A DNA stretch of 64,000 nucleotides from Syntrophales bacterium. Lineage in GTDB: Bacteria > Desulfobacterota > Syntrophia > Syntrophales > CG2-30-49-12. Below the pieces are notes generated by a model. The model saw only the letters and a program-made list of their open reading frames with translations. It was not told the origin of the DNA and did no database searches. Shown one piece after another: positions 12,514 through 24,179 of the stretch (positions are counted from its first letter, which is position 1; each line of letters starts with the position of its first letter). The stretch spans positions 7,619 through 71,618 of the forward strand of contig JBAZOY010000004.1 in the NCBI GenBank assembly GCA_041648505.1. Direction: 5' to 3'. A program made the position numbers and the translations under genes.

Positions 12514-13689
12514 CTACCCGATTCTCCTTAGTCCCTCTGCGACAGGAATCTTTATGGCACGAATGGTCGGGACAATCGCACCCACAAAACCAACAACTAA
12601 TGAGGCAGCTATATTCAGGTAAATAGTGTCAATCGCCACAATGAATACAGGAAAGTAATCTTCCAGGGCTTTAGCGAACGCATCTGCTGCCGGAAAGGTA
12701 AGGGCAATGGCAATAATTGAGCCTATCGTGGTAATAAGAAGCGATTCACCGAATATTATTCCGGCAATACGCCAGCCGCCAAATCCAAGGGTTTTTAATA
12801 CGGCATATTCGCCGATCCGTTCACGGGCAGTCATAGCCATGGTATTAGCAACCACAGCCATGATGATGATGATAACTACCAAGGAAACAATGTGTATGGC
12901 AACGATGATTGCTTCACTCATCGAAAGAAAGCCAAGATGAAAGGCTTTTTCGGTTTCGGTCAATGTCTCCGCAATGGAGTTTTTAAATATGCTGTCCACT
13001 GCTACTGACACATCTGCTGCCAGTTTTGGATTAGTAAGACCGATCATGTAGAAACCAACCTGATCAGCCCTGCGCGGCACGGTTTTTTTTAAGCCTTCGT
13101 TAAGGTAATCCCAGTGAAAGATAAAAGACGATTCTTCAACCTCTTTATCTCTGCCGCGGTATATACCACGCAGAACAAAATCCCAGTTGCCCGGGTAAAT
13201 GGTCCCTTTCAGCGTAATAATATCACCGATCTTCCAGCCATATTTTTCTGCCAGTTTGCGCCCTGCAATGAAAGCCTGTCGGTCCCGAAAAAAAACGGCC
13301 TTTTGGTCCGGGGAAAGAATATATTCAGGATAGAGTTCGAGGAAGCTTTTCGGTTCAGCAGCATAGTTGGCAAAGAAGTGTTTTTCGTCAATGTAGATGC
13401 CACCGAACCAGCTGCCATAGGATACTACCTTAACACCTTCTACCTGGCGGATCTTATCTTTATAAGAGATAGGCAGCGGGAAGGTAAGGGAGATGGCGTT
13501 CCTGGTTACGAGGCGGGTGGCTGAAGCTGCCTCTACCATCGCATACCATGTGGTTATGACGGTTCGCAGAATGCCAAAGGCGAGCAGGGCAATGACGATG
13601 CCGAGGACAGTTAAACAGGTGCGGAGCTTATGGCGAAGGGCATTTTTAAAAATGAGCTTAAGGCTGTACATCCAAAACACCTTTATCAA
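12514..13689 (-). CDS. ABC transporter permease, FtsX/MacB type (likely start at MYSLKL, 13671)
   Basis: It has the same architecture as its neighbour and directly abuts the downstream permease. Confidence 0.85.
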   Translation of the reverse strand: MIKVFWMYSLKLIFKNALRHKLRTCLTVLGIVIALLAFGILRTVITTWYAMVEAASATRLVTRNAISLTFPLPISYKDKIRQVEGVKVVSYGSWFGGIYIDEKHFFANYAAEPKSFLELYPEYILSPDQKAVFFRDRQAFIAGRKLAEKYGWKIGDIITLKGTIYPGNWDFVLRGIYRGRDKEVEESSFIFHWDYLNEGLKKTVPRRADQVGFYMIGLTNPKLAADVSVAVDSIFKNSIAETLTETEKAFHLGFLSMSEAIIVAIHIVSLVVIIIIMAVVANTMAMTARERIGEYAVLKTLGFGGWRIAGIIFGESLLITTIGSIIAIALTFPAADAFAKALEDYFPVFIVAIDTIYLNIAASLVVGFVGAIVPTIRAIKIPVAEGLRRIG

Positions 13690-14347
13690 GACGTTTGATT
13701 ATATGAGCCTTTTCAGCAGCCCGCGGGTCGTGGGTTACCATGATAACAGTCTTGCCAAGTTCGTGAACAAGGCGTTCCATCAATCCCAGTACATCGTCGG
13801 CAGAGATCCGGTCCAGATCCCCGGTCGGTTCATCTGCTACCAGGATAAAGGGATCAGTAACAATTGCGCGTGCAATCGCCACACGCTGCTGCTGACCACC
13901 TGAAAGTTGGCCGGGGTAATGATCCATCCGATCGGCAAGGTTGACAACCCGCAGAACAATCTCCGCATGTTCTCGCCGTTCTTTTCTTGAAAGCCCCGTC
14001 AGAAGCAGGGGAAGTTCAATATTTTCAAAGGCGGTAAGGACGGGAATGAGATTATAAAGCTGGAAGATAAAGCCGACATTTACGGCGCGCCACCGGGCCA
14101 GTTCGGTCTCGGAGAGGTAAGTGATATCTAAGCCGCCTATCTTTATTATACCGGAATCCACCTTATCTATGCCCGCAATGAGGTTTAACAGGGTGGTCTT
14201 ACCTGAGCCTGACGGTCCCATCAATGCCAGGAATTCCCCCTCGTAAATATCAAGGGTTATGTCCTGCAGCACAGGTATAATCTGGTGGTCCCGCGTGTAG
14301 GACTTATACACGTTTTTTATTTCGACAATGGGTACCTTGTCGCTCAT
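13658..14347 (-). CDS. ABC transporter ATP-binding protein (MacB/LolD-like)
   Basis: It has Walker A GPSGSGKTT, the signature LSGGQQQRVAIARA and Walker B ILVADEPTGDLD. Confidence 0.95.
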   Translation of the reverse strand: MSDKVPIVEIKNVYKSYTRDHQIIPVLQDITLDIYEGEFLALMGPSGSGKTTLLNLIAGIDKVDSGIIKIGGLDITYLSETELARWRAVNVGFIFQLYNLIPVLTAFENIELPLLLTGLSRKERREHAEIVLRVVNLADRMDHYPGQLSGGQQQRVAIARAIVTDPFILVADEPTGDLDRISADDVLGLMERLVHELGKTVIMVTHDPRAAEKAHIIKRLDKGVLDVQP

Positions 14348-15565
14348 TTACTTTTCCGCAACCTTTATTCTCGAACCGTCTTTCACCTTGTTCAGAGGTC
14401 TTACTACAACCATGTCACCCGCTTTTACCCCGCTCAAAATTTCAATCATATCACCAAGCCGGGCGCCAACAGTTATCGGTGTTTCTATCACACTGTTTCC
14501 TTTAATCAGGAATACCAACTTTTTACCATTGCGTTCTACTACCGCTGCTGAATTAAGAGCAGTGCGAACTTTCCTTTCTTCATCTTTTATCTCCCTTGAG
14601 AGAAAGGCTATTTTGGCACTCATCTCCGGTAATATACGACTGTCTTTATCAACAAAGCGGACTTTTACCATCACAGTAGCTTTACTGCGATCAGCTGTAG
14701 GTACAATTATATGGACTTCTCCCCGGAAACGTAACTCGGATAAGGCATCAAGCTGAATCTCACACGGTTGGCCTGATCTTACCTGATTGATATTCGATTC
14801 GGATACATCAACCTCGACCTGGAGTGAATCCATGTCTGCTATGGTTACCACAGCGGCCTTTGCCTCCGCTGCAGCTCCTATAGGGGTCACAATGTCACCG
14901 ATGTCGGCGTTTTTTGTTAACACTACGCCGTTGAAAGGGGCACGTATGTATGTATACTCAAGCATTACATCCGCTTCATTCAGTGCTGCTGTGCTTGCCT
15001 TTAATGCAGCGTCCGCTGCGCCGACTGCAGCTTGTGCCCTATTATAACGTGTCTCGTAAGCATCGTATTCAGATTGTGATACATAACCACGGGACAGCAA
15101 TTCCTTGTATCTGTTATAAAAAAGAACTGCTTCGTGAAGTTCGGCTTTTGCCTCTTCAAGGTTAAAACGTGCGACTTTAACGTTTGCCTGGGCTCTATTC
15201 CTTGATGCTGTGGTATCTTCACTCTCAAGGCGGGCGATCACCTGTCCTACCTTTACCGTGTTTCCTTCCTCAACAGACAATGATACGAGGCGACCGGTTA
15301 CTTTTGAAGCCACGGCAGCTTTACGCTGGGCCACAACATAACCACTAGCGTTCAATAAAGTAAATGTCTGAGACGGATATATTTGCGTAATGCTTACAAC
15401 CTCTACCTGAACAGCAGGTGAAAAAATACCTGTGACGTAGAGAAGTCCAATCACGATTATGCCCATTAGGGCAAATATCAGGTAAAAATATTCCCCTCTC
15501 TTCCTTCTATGGTTGGCTGTTTTTGTTTTTTCAATGCGTAGTTTTGAAATATCTTCGTCTGACAT
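14348..15565 (-). CDS. efflux periplasmic adaptor subunit (HlyD/MFP family)
   Basis: It has an N-terminal TM anchor, a coiled-coil hairpin region and barrel-sandwich segments. It is the first gene of the four-gene efflux operon. Confidence 0.85.
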   Translation of the reverse strand: MSDEDISKLRIEKTKTANHRRKRGEYFYLIFALMGIIVIGLLYVTGIFSPAVQVEVVSITQIYPSQTFTLLNASGYVVAQRKAAVASKVTGRLVSLSVEEGNTVKVGQVIARLESEDTTASRNRAQANVKVARFNLEEAKAELHEAVLFYNRYKELLSRGYVSQSEYDAYETRYNRAQAAVGAADAALKASTAALNEADVMLEYTYIRAPFNGVVLTKNADIGDIVTPIGAAAEAKAAVVTIADMDSLQVEVDVSESNINQVRSGQPCEIQLDALSELRFRGEVHIIVPTADRSKATVMVKVRFVDKDSRILPEMSAKIAFLSREIKDEERKVRTALNSAAVVERNGKKLVFLIKGNSVIETPITVGARLGDMIEILSGVKAGDMVVVRPLNKVKDGSRIKVAEK

Positions 15566-15699
15566 TACATGTAAACTCCTTATTCAAGGTTTCAGGGCCC
15601 CTGCCCTTTCTGCTGCCTTCTTTGGCTCTATATCGTTTTGATTTACCACACTAATATACCATGGGAAAAGAAAAACAGCGAAAACTTTGGAAAGCTACA

Positions 15700-15875
15700 C
15701 AGCTGTATAAAAGTTATATTTCCGATGTGGCGATAGCGAAAAACTGCGGGTAGATTAAGAGCGAATATCTATCGAGAAGCGAACGGCCAACAAAGTATAA
15801 TCAACTTCTGAAGATCGGGGGAAATCTTAGGGACTACGCAGTATACAGGGGTAAATCTATTTTTTGTTGTAAAAT
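15700..15875 (+). pseudogene. decayed duplicate of the enolase 3' end
   Basis: It aligns without gaps to eno at 11190..11345. The match includes a perfect 19-mer, AAGTATAATCAACTTCTGA (11262..11280 = 15793..15811). It translates as SDVAIAKNCG*IKS...SERPTKYNQLLKIGGNLRDYAVYRGKS with an in-frame stop. Confidence 0.8.
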
Positions 15876-15918
15876 GAACTACCCCGCCGCAAGCTGCAGG
15901 GAATTATACCCAAAAAGA

Positions 15919-17727
15919 TTAAAGGTTGTCAGTAGCCGTAGTTGTAACCCGTAGATTGTTTACAGGAAAGATTTCGGGAAATCGCTTACGCATGTAATTC
16001 CCCACATACTCACGAATCTCAGCCGCCGAAGAAAATGTCATCACCTTTTCCAGTAGTTCCTTGGATTCCTGTAAGGTTGTACCTCTGATGATCTTTTTAA
16101 CCATGGGTATAGCCAAAGGATTCATACTCAATTCATCCAGTTCGAAACCAAGGAGAATCATAGTGCAGATCGGCTCGCCTGCCATTTCCCCGCACATAGC
16201 CACCCATATACCCGCTTCATGGCCAATATCAACCGTTTGTTTTATGAGCCTCAACACTGCAGGATGGAGCGGTTCATATAAATAGGTAACCCTTTCGTTG
16301 ATCCTGTCAATGGCCAAGGCATACTGAATAAGATCGTTGGTCCCGATGCTGAAGAAATCCACTTCCTTGGCCAGTTTATCGGCCATCATAACCGCCGATG
16401 GAACTTCGATCATAACACCGAGTTCTATATCCTGGCCTACAGGCACTCCTGCGGCAAGAAGTTCATCTCTGACCTCATAAAATATTTTCTTGACTTCTCT
16501 AATCTCCTCGACCCCTGAGATCATGGGAAACAGTACCCTTGTCCTGCCATAGGCGCTTACACGGAGAATAGCCCGCAGCTGTACCTTAAAGATGTCAACC
16601 TCTTTCAGGCAAAATCTGATCGCCCTCAAGCCCATTTGAGGGTTCATCTCTTTTGCCAGTTTGGGATCAGAAAAAAACTTATCTCCACCAAGATCAAAAG
16701 TTCTTATGGTTGACCATCCAATGCCTTCTACTCCGATAACATGCCTGTAATTGGTAAAGTGCTCTTCCTCCGTCGGAAGTTGTTCCCTGTTTATATAGAG
16801 GAATTCAGTCCGGTAAAGACCAACACCGTCTGCACCATGAGCTATGGCAGAGGGAATTTCCTCGCTGAATTCTATATTACCTCCCATTGACATCTTATAA
16901 TTATCTTTTGTAACGGCGGGAAGGCAGGCATCCTTAAGAAAGTCCTCCTGGGTATGCCGATAATCTTCTTTTTTATCTTCGTACCTTTTCAGCATCGCCG
17001 GGTCGGGATTCACAATGACCAAACCAGAAGAACCATCAACAACAATATCGTCATTAGTCCGCACCACACTGGTGATACTATTCAGGCCGACAACAGCAGG
17101 AATTTCAATCGCCTGTGCTACAATGGCCGTGTGGGAGGTCTTTCCACCAATATCCGTGGCAAACCCAAGAACCTTTTTAATCTTCATCTGTGCTGTATCT
17201 GCTGGCGACAGATCAGGAGCAACGATGATAAACCCTTCACCAACGTTAATAGCCTCTCGTTTTTCCCCGGCAAGATTCCTGAGGATCCTCTGTCCTACAT
17301 ATTGCACATCACTGAAGCGCTTCCTGAGATAATCATCTTCTATCTTGGAAAAGATTTCTTTATGTTTGTCGATAGTCATCCCGACAGCCCATTCTGCATT
17401 GACATACATTTCCTTGATATGGTGGATCGTATTATTAATAAATTGCTTATCGTTCAGAATCATGATGTGAATATCTATAATGTATAACGGTTCCTTCAAC
17501 TCGAGATTGCTCAGGTTGTTTTTTACCTCGAGAAGTTGTTTCTCGGATTCCTTCAGGGCTTTTTTGAACCGCTTTATCTCTTTAGAGACAAGGCTTGCGT
17601 CACTCAGTTTGTAGAAAGATATTTGGGCATCGAGGCGGTTAAACAGAAAAGCCTTTCCTATTGCTATACCGGAAGAAACGCCGATTCCTTTTAGAACAAT
17701 CGTTTTTTTCACCGCGTCAGAGCTCAT
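15919..17727 (-). CDS. ptsI: phosphoenolpyruvate-protein phosphotransferase (PTS enzyme I)
   Basis: It has the GGKTSHTAIVAQAIEIPAVVG active-site His region and a C-terminal PEP-utilizing TIM barrel (GTNDLIQY). Confidence 0.93.
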   Translation of the reverse strand: MSSDAVKKTIVLKGIGVSSGIAIGKAFLFNRLDAQISFYKLSDASLVSKEIKRFKKALKESEKQLLEVKNNLSNLELKEPLYIIDIHIMILNDKQFINNTIHHIKEMYVNAEWAVGMTIDKHKEIFSKIEDDYLRKRFSDVQYVGQRILRNLAGEKREAINVGEGFIIVAPDLSPADTAQMKIKKVLGFATDIGGKTSHTAIVAQAIEIPAVVGLNSITSVVRTNDDIVVDGSSGLVIVNPDPAMLKRYEDKKEDYRHTQEDFLKDACLPAVTKDNYKMSMGGNIEFSEEIPSAIAHGADGVGLYRTEFLYINREQLPTEEEHFTNYRHVIGVEGIGWSTIRTFDLGGDKFFSDPKLAKEMNPQMGLRAIRFCLKEVDIFKVQLRAILRVSAYGRTRVLFPMISGVEEIREVKKIFYEVRDELLAAGVPVGQDIELGVMIEVPSAVMMADKLAKEVDFFSIGTNDLIQYALAIDRINERVTYLYEPLHPAVLRLIKQTVDIGHEAGIWVAMCGEMAGEPICTMILLGFELDELSMNPLAIPMVKKIIRGTTLQESKELLEKVMTFSSAAEIREYVGNYMRKRFPEIFPVNNLRVTTTATDNL

Positions 17728-17996
17728 TGATTTTCTCCAAATTTATCTTCGATCAGCCTGCCGATAGCTTCAATGGCATCATCGGCATCTATTCCATCTG
17801 CCCTGATTGTAATCTGGCTTCCATAAGGACAGGCAAGGGTCAAGATACTGAGAAGACTCTTTCCGTTAACCTCTTTACCATCTCTTTCAAAAAATACCTT
17901 TGATTTATACTTGCTCGACACAGTTACCAGCTTGGCTGCAGGTCTCGCATGAAGCCCCAGTTTATTTTTTATTTTAAATGTTTTTGTTTTCGTCAT
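17724..17996 (-). CDS. ptsH: phosphocarrier protein HPr
   Basis: This 90-aa protein has the GLHARPA active-site His motif and overlaps ptsI by 4 nt. Confidence 0.9.
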   Translation of the reverse strand: MTKTKTFKIKNKLGLHARPAAKLVTVSSKYKSKVFFERDGKEVNGKSLLSILTLACPYGSQITIRADGIDADDAIEAIGRLIEDKFGENQ

Positions 17997-18389
17997 TCAA
18001 AAAATCGACTACCCTTTGTTCCGCAACTAAAGGTATGCCTTGAACAAAATGAGATGAGACAGAAACAGATTGATGGGCTTCACTAACATAAATATTAAAT
18101 GAAGTCAATTGAGATTGCTCAAAGAGCCGTTACAAAGATCGTCTCGACAAACTTTTTTGGACTCTCTTGAATCTCCTTGTAAATGACTGCTCCATCTGTT
18201 ATATTATTCACCATCTTCAGAAGGATTCTTTTTTCATTTGTACCGCCCTGTAACGTGGATGTTTCGTTGTAAAATGAATCGTCTTTTAGTAACATTAATA
18301 AGAGCCGTTTCTATAATGATTTTACTGTGAAAGTCTAAAAGTTGCAGTCAGCGGTGGCAGGCGTTGTCCAGTAACAGGGGAGGAGAAAG

Positions 18390-18839
18390 TTGCGGTCCGT
18401 TATTCAGAGAGTTAACAATGCCCGAATCTGGGTTGGTGAGCGTTTGATTTCCTCTATCAGCAAAGGTGTCATTGTTTTTCTCGGCGTTGAAAAAGAAGAT
18501 AGTGCAACCGATGCCGACTACCTCCTTGAAAAAATCATAAACCTGAGGATATTTGAGGATGCTGAAGGGAAAATGAACCTCTCCCTTCTTGACATCTCAG
18601 GAGAGATGCTTGTAGTTTCCCAGTTTACCCTCCTAGCCGATTGCCGTAAGGGAAGGAGGCCGTCTTTTATCCAGGCAGAAGAACCGGAGCAAGCCATGAG
18701 GCTTTATGAATATTTCATCAGTAAAGGACGGGAGAAAATCGATGGGGTAGCAGCCGGGGAATTTCAGGCCATGATGGAGATTGAAATGATCAATGATGGT
18801 CCTGTAACCATGTTGCTTGACAGTAGAAAGGCTTTTTAA
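18390..18839 (+). CDS. dtd: D-aminoacyl-tRNA deacylase
   Basis: It starts MRSVIQRV and has the SQFTLLAD motif. The start codon is TTG, preceded by GGAGGAG. Confidence 0.9.
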   Translation: MRSVIQRVNNARIWVGERLISSISKGVIVFLGVEKEDSATDADYLLEKIINLRIFEDAEGKMNLSLLDISGEMLVVSQFTLLADCRKGRRPSFIQAEEPEQAMRLYEYFISKGREKIDGVAAGEFQAMMEIEMINDGPVTMLLDSRKAF

Positions 18840-18900
18840 ACAGCTAATAACCATCGGAAATGACAATAATAATTTTTCATCCTGAGTAATATTAGAATAA

Positions 18901-20409
<1,509 letters not shown>

Positions 20410-20570
20410 TGATTTTATTCATGTTCACATCTATGCTCGTTACAGCCTCTTTTTTAAATCCCCACATATCCCTTAAGAAATTATGCAGCAGGGCAGAATG
20501 GCAGGAAGATTGTGCTTTTAAGGGCTCAGGCGGAATCCACTATTCTACACTTTCTTGAAAGGAAAAGATT

Positions 20571-21410
20571 ATGAAAAGAAGAAGTTTTGCATTTATTCTC
20601 CTTTGGGCGATTATTCTCCTCTTGGTAATTCCAGTATTATCTCCTGCTCAGCAGAAAAATATTATCCTCGCCACAACTACCAGCACGCAGGATTCCGGAC
20701 TTCTTGATGTTCTCCTTCCGATCTTCGAAAAAAAGACGGGTTACTTCGTCAAGACCATCGCTGTGGGTTCCGGCCAGGCCATGGCCATGGGGCAAAGGGG
20801 AGAAGCCGATATTTTGCTGGTACACTCACCTGAAGCGGAGAAGAAGTTTATAGCCGAAGGATATGGAATAAATCGAAGAATTGTCATGCACAATGATTTC
20901 ATCGTGGCAGGACCTCCGGAGGATTCGGCAAAGATCAAGGGTATAAAACCCACTTCAGAAGCTTTTAAAATGCTCTCCTCCAAGGGCACCATGTTTCTAT
21001 CCAGGGGAGATAACTCAGGGACCCATGCCCGGGAAAAAGCCATCTGGAAAGCTTGCGGAATCAATCCCGAAGAAGAAAGATGGTATCAGCAGACAGGGCT
21101 GGGAATGGGAATGACACTCAACGTTGCGTCGGAGAAAAAAGCTTATACCCTAACCGACAGAGGGACGTATCTGGCTTTGAAGAAAAATCTCCACCTTGAT
21201 ATCTTAGTAGAGGGTGACCCCCTTCTTCTGAATATCTATCACGTCATTGAGGTCAACCCGGCTAAATGGTCGACAACAAACGCTGTAGGAGCGAAGGCAT
21301 TGGCTGATTTTATGGTTGCCACGGAAGCCCAGAGCATCATCAAAAACTTTGGCAAGGATAAGTTCGGTTCCCCCCTTTTCTTTCCCGATGCCAGCAAGAA
21401 AGAGGAATAA
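20571..21410 (+). CDS. periplasmic oxyanion (tungstate/molybdate-type, TupA-like) substrate-binding protein
   Basis: It has a signal peptide and an ILATTTSTQDSGLL motif that resembles the TTTS anion-binding motif of TupA-type binding proteins. No permease or ATPase gene is adjacent. Confidence 0.6.
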   Translation: MKRRSFAFILLWAIILLLVIPVLSPAQQKNIILATTTSTQDSGLLDVLLPIFEKKTGYFVKTIAVGSGQAMAMGQRGEADILLVHSPEAEKKFIAEGYGINRRIVMHNDFIVAGPPEDSAKIKGIKPTSEAFKMLSSKGTMFLSRGDNSGTHAREKAIWKACGINPEEERWYQQTGLGMGMTLNVASEKKAYTLTDRGTYLALKKNLHLDILVEGDPLLLNIYHVIEVNPAKWSTTNAVGAKALADFMVATEAQSIIKNFGKDKFGSPLFFPDASKKEE

Positions 21411-21436
21411 CTGGTGAAAGGAAGGAATTTATAAGT

Positions 21437-22924
21437 ATGAAAAGATTATGTTTTTTTCTAACGCTCTTCGTTTTTTCGTTTTCACTGCCTCTTTTGCCCG
21501 CCATAGGAGCGGATACATCCACGGAAATAGAACAGCTCAAAGGTGAGGTGCAGAAACTTCTCAATAGGATAGAAGAGTTAGAAAAAAAACAAGTAGCAAC
21601 GGAGGTAAAAACTGTAGAGATAGAAAAAAAGGAGCTGCAAGCAGGCTATGACAAAGGATTTTATGTAAAGACCGGGGATAAAAGTTTTCTTTTGAAAACC
21701 AACTTATTTCTTCAGTTTCGTTATACATATCTTCCCTTTGACAGGACAGTCAATGCCAACGATGAAGACTGGAGCAATTTTCTTATCAGAAGGGCCAGAG
21801 TAATCTTCTCAGGTAATGCACCCAATAAAGACTGGTTGTATTTCTTTCATATCCAGTTAGAACCTTCAAGTACTGTTAATCTGCATGATGCTTACGTAAC
21901 ATGGAAACAATATCCCTTTGCCCAGGTACAGTTTGGCCGTGCCAAGCTGCCCTATGGGTTGGAATTCTGGCAATCCGCGAGTCAGCTCAACGGTGTGGAG
22001 CGAAGCATATTCTCCGGTGAAACAGATGTAGACGGTAAGTCTGATACAAGAAAGTGGCCCGGCGGGAACGCCAATTTTCCGGTTAGTGACGAAGACTCTG
22101 TTACAAAATATCCCATCGGTGGTTTGAATCTATTCAGATCCCAGGGCATCCAACTGCAGGGAGACATTAACCTGTTTGGACAGGAGGGATTCTTACAGTA
22201 CTGGACAGGCGTTTACAACGGCAGAAATACAAAAGGCAACGTAAATATTGACAGTAATCACCTGTGGGTAGGTAGAATCTCCATAAATCCCTTGGGGAAA
22301 TACAATCTGGTACAGCAAGGTGATATTGATTACAGCCTTACCCCTAAGGTTTGCTTTCTTGTCTCAGGCATGCAGTACAAAGACAGGTTAAACAAATATC
22401 GGGATACCATTGACAGTAATAACGATGGATACGGTGATGAACGACAAACCGCCTATTACGATATAGAGGGAACCGGTTATAACCTGGCCGCTATCCTGAG
22501 GTATAGAGGTTTCTCGATGGATGCCGAATACGGATACGACCGTTTAGAACAGGACAGAATGGGCGGGTACACATGGGACAGATATGGTTACCGATTTAAT
22601 GCAGGCTATTTCCTTATACCGAAGAAATTTGAAATAACGGCAAGATATGCATACGTAAAAAGACTTGACGAAAACACAGCGGAAATGGCCCTCGCCTCGG
22701 GTCTTGGAATTGTGAGTGTCAATGGCGGGACGAACAACGCAATCGAAGATAACCTACAGGAACATACCATCGGTTTAAACTACTTCTTCTTTAGCCACAA
22801 CCTGAAATTTTTTATGGACTATAGCTATCTGAAAAGAGATTTTACACCCTTGCCCGGTTCAACTGTTGCCGTTGATAGCCAGTCTGATAATAGATACAGG
22901 GCTATGATGCAGTTCTACTTCTAA
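21437..22924 (+). CDS. outer-membrane porin, OprO/OprP (phosphate-selective porin) family-like
   Basis: It has a signal peptide, an N-terminal coiled coil (IEQLKGEVQKLLNRIEELEKK), alternating beta-strand sequence and a C-terminal aromatic residue (MMQFYF). Confidence 0.7.
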   Translation: MKRLCFFLTLFVFSFSLPLLPAIGADTSTEIEQLKGEVQKLLNRIEELEKKQVATEVKTVEIEKKELQAGYDKGFYVKTGDKSFLLKTNLFLQFRYTYLPFDRTVNANDEDWSNFLIRRARVIFSGNAPNKDWLYFFHIQLEPSSTVNLHDAYVTWKQYPFAQVQFGRAKLPYGLEFWQSASQLNGVERSIFSGETDVDGKSDTRKWPGGNANFPVSDEDSVTKYPIGGLNLFRSQGIQLQGDINLFGQEGFLQYWTGVYNGRNTKGNVNIDSNHLWVGRISINPLGKYNLVQQGDIDYSLTPKVCFLVSGMQYKDRLNKYRDTIDSNNDGYGDERQTAYYDIEGTGYNLAAILRYRGFSMDAEYGYDRLEQDRMGGYTWDRYGYRFNAGYFLIPKKFEITARYAYVKRLDENTAEMALASGLGIVSVNGGTNNAIEDNLQEHTIGLNYFFFSHNLKFFMDYSYLKRDFTPLPGSTVAVDSQSDNRYRAMMQFYF

Positions 22925-23046
22925 CAGCAATGGAAAAAGACTTTTCAGGAACCAGCTTCTGACTTCCATGGCTCTCCCGAGTAGCTTAAGGAGGAGTACC
23001 TTGCCCCCTGGGGTCGCTTGCAATGAGCTGATATGTGCCTTTCTAT

Positions 23047-23988
23047 TTATGCACCCAGGAATGTCTCACGGACAGCAGGGAAATACTCGATCATCCCTCC
23101 TTTTTGAATCAGCTCATAATGGAAAAGGAACACTATGTCATCAGCACAGTAATTGCGTGACCTCATTGGTTCTGCAAGATCAGTTTTACCACCAAATAAT
23201 ATTCCCTCTTCAACTATCCTGGAGCGATCGTACCCCTTGTCCAATTTCCTGGAAATCAAAGTCTCACGATCGTATATAACTTTTAAACATCTTTTCAAGG
23301 ATGGTTTGCTGTCTTCTTTTAATATGATTCCATTATGGCAGGTGATTACTAAATCAATATCAAGCTCCATCAACCGCAGAATAGAACTGATATGTTCGAC
23401 CAAACTGCAGTTTGAAAAACCATACCATGGCCCCACCTTATCAAGGCCAATATCACCCGGAAACAAAATCTTGTCTCTTGGGAAATAGAATGAATTATGT
23501 GCCGGTGAATGTCCGGGAGACCTGATAACTTTCATAAAATTCCGATCTCGAAAACCAAAATCTGTTTTGTCGTCGTAAGAACGATAGTTGTCGAGTTCTT
23601 TATACCCATATCCAATGAGTTTTTTTTGCCATAACAGCTGCATATTCTTATCATCCGGCGCCAGCTGGTTTAAGTAATTCTCGATATTAGTTAAATAGAT
23701 CTCTTCTCCGGAGGGAACAAATATCTCTGCATTCGTATAAGCTGCTGCAATTGGCATGAAAGCAGAATGATCGACGTGGAAATGGCTGGCAATGACAATG
23801 TCGGGTTGCAGATTTTGTAGAAGACTTGGTGTATCTATACTGCCTGCATAGGTATCAATCACGATACTCGGGTTGGAATGAACTATTACCCCGGAACAAA
23901 CATATTGCCCTCTTATATTCACATATTGCCCTCGCATATTTGAAGGTTCTATATATTCAATTTCCTCCGTTATCTTTGTCCGCTTCAT
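23047..23988 (-). CDS. MBL-fold metallo-hydrolase
   Basis: It has the HxHxDH motif SHFHVDHS and a downstream SPGHSPAH. Confidence 0.8.
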   Translation of the reverse strand: MKRTKITEEIEYIEPSNMRGQYVNIRGQYVCSGVIVHSNPSIVIDTYAGSIDTPSLLQNLQPDIVIASHFHVDHSAFMPIAAAYTNAEIFVPSGEEIYLTNIENYLNQLAPDDKNMQLLWQKKLIGYGYKELDNYRSYDDKTDFGFRDRNFMKVIRSPGHSPAHNSFYFPRDKILFPGDIGLDKVGPWYGFSNCSLVEHISSILRLMELDIDLVITCHNGIILKEDSKPSLKRCLKVIYDRETLISRKLDKGYDRSRIVEEGILFGGKTDLAEPMRSRNYCADDIVFLFHYELIQKGGMIEYFPAVRETFLGA

Positions 23989-24179
23989 AAAAAATTATAG
24001 GTGGTGTTTTTTATTCTGAATCCAGGGTCGGTTTTGCGAAACAAGGCTTTTATCAGCATGACTTATTTAATCAATAATATAAGTTAGAATGGGGTTCATG
24101 ATTTAAATATTGAACTGACCCGTCTTTAAGACGCACCTTTATCGGTTGCACTCCACTAAACGGTTCGATCAATCCTTTG

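Noticed and set aside
20410-20570. Moco/tungsten-cofactor riboswitch upstream of the TupA-like gene
   Set aside because: I could not recognise the conserved motifs or a convincing multi-stem fold by eye. A covariance-model scan would be needed to exclude it properly.
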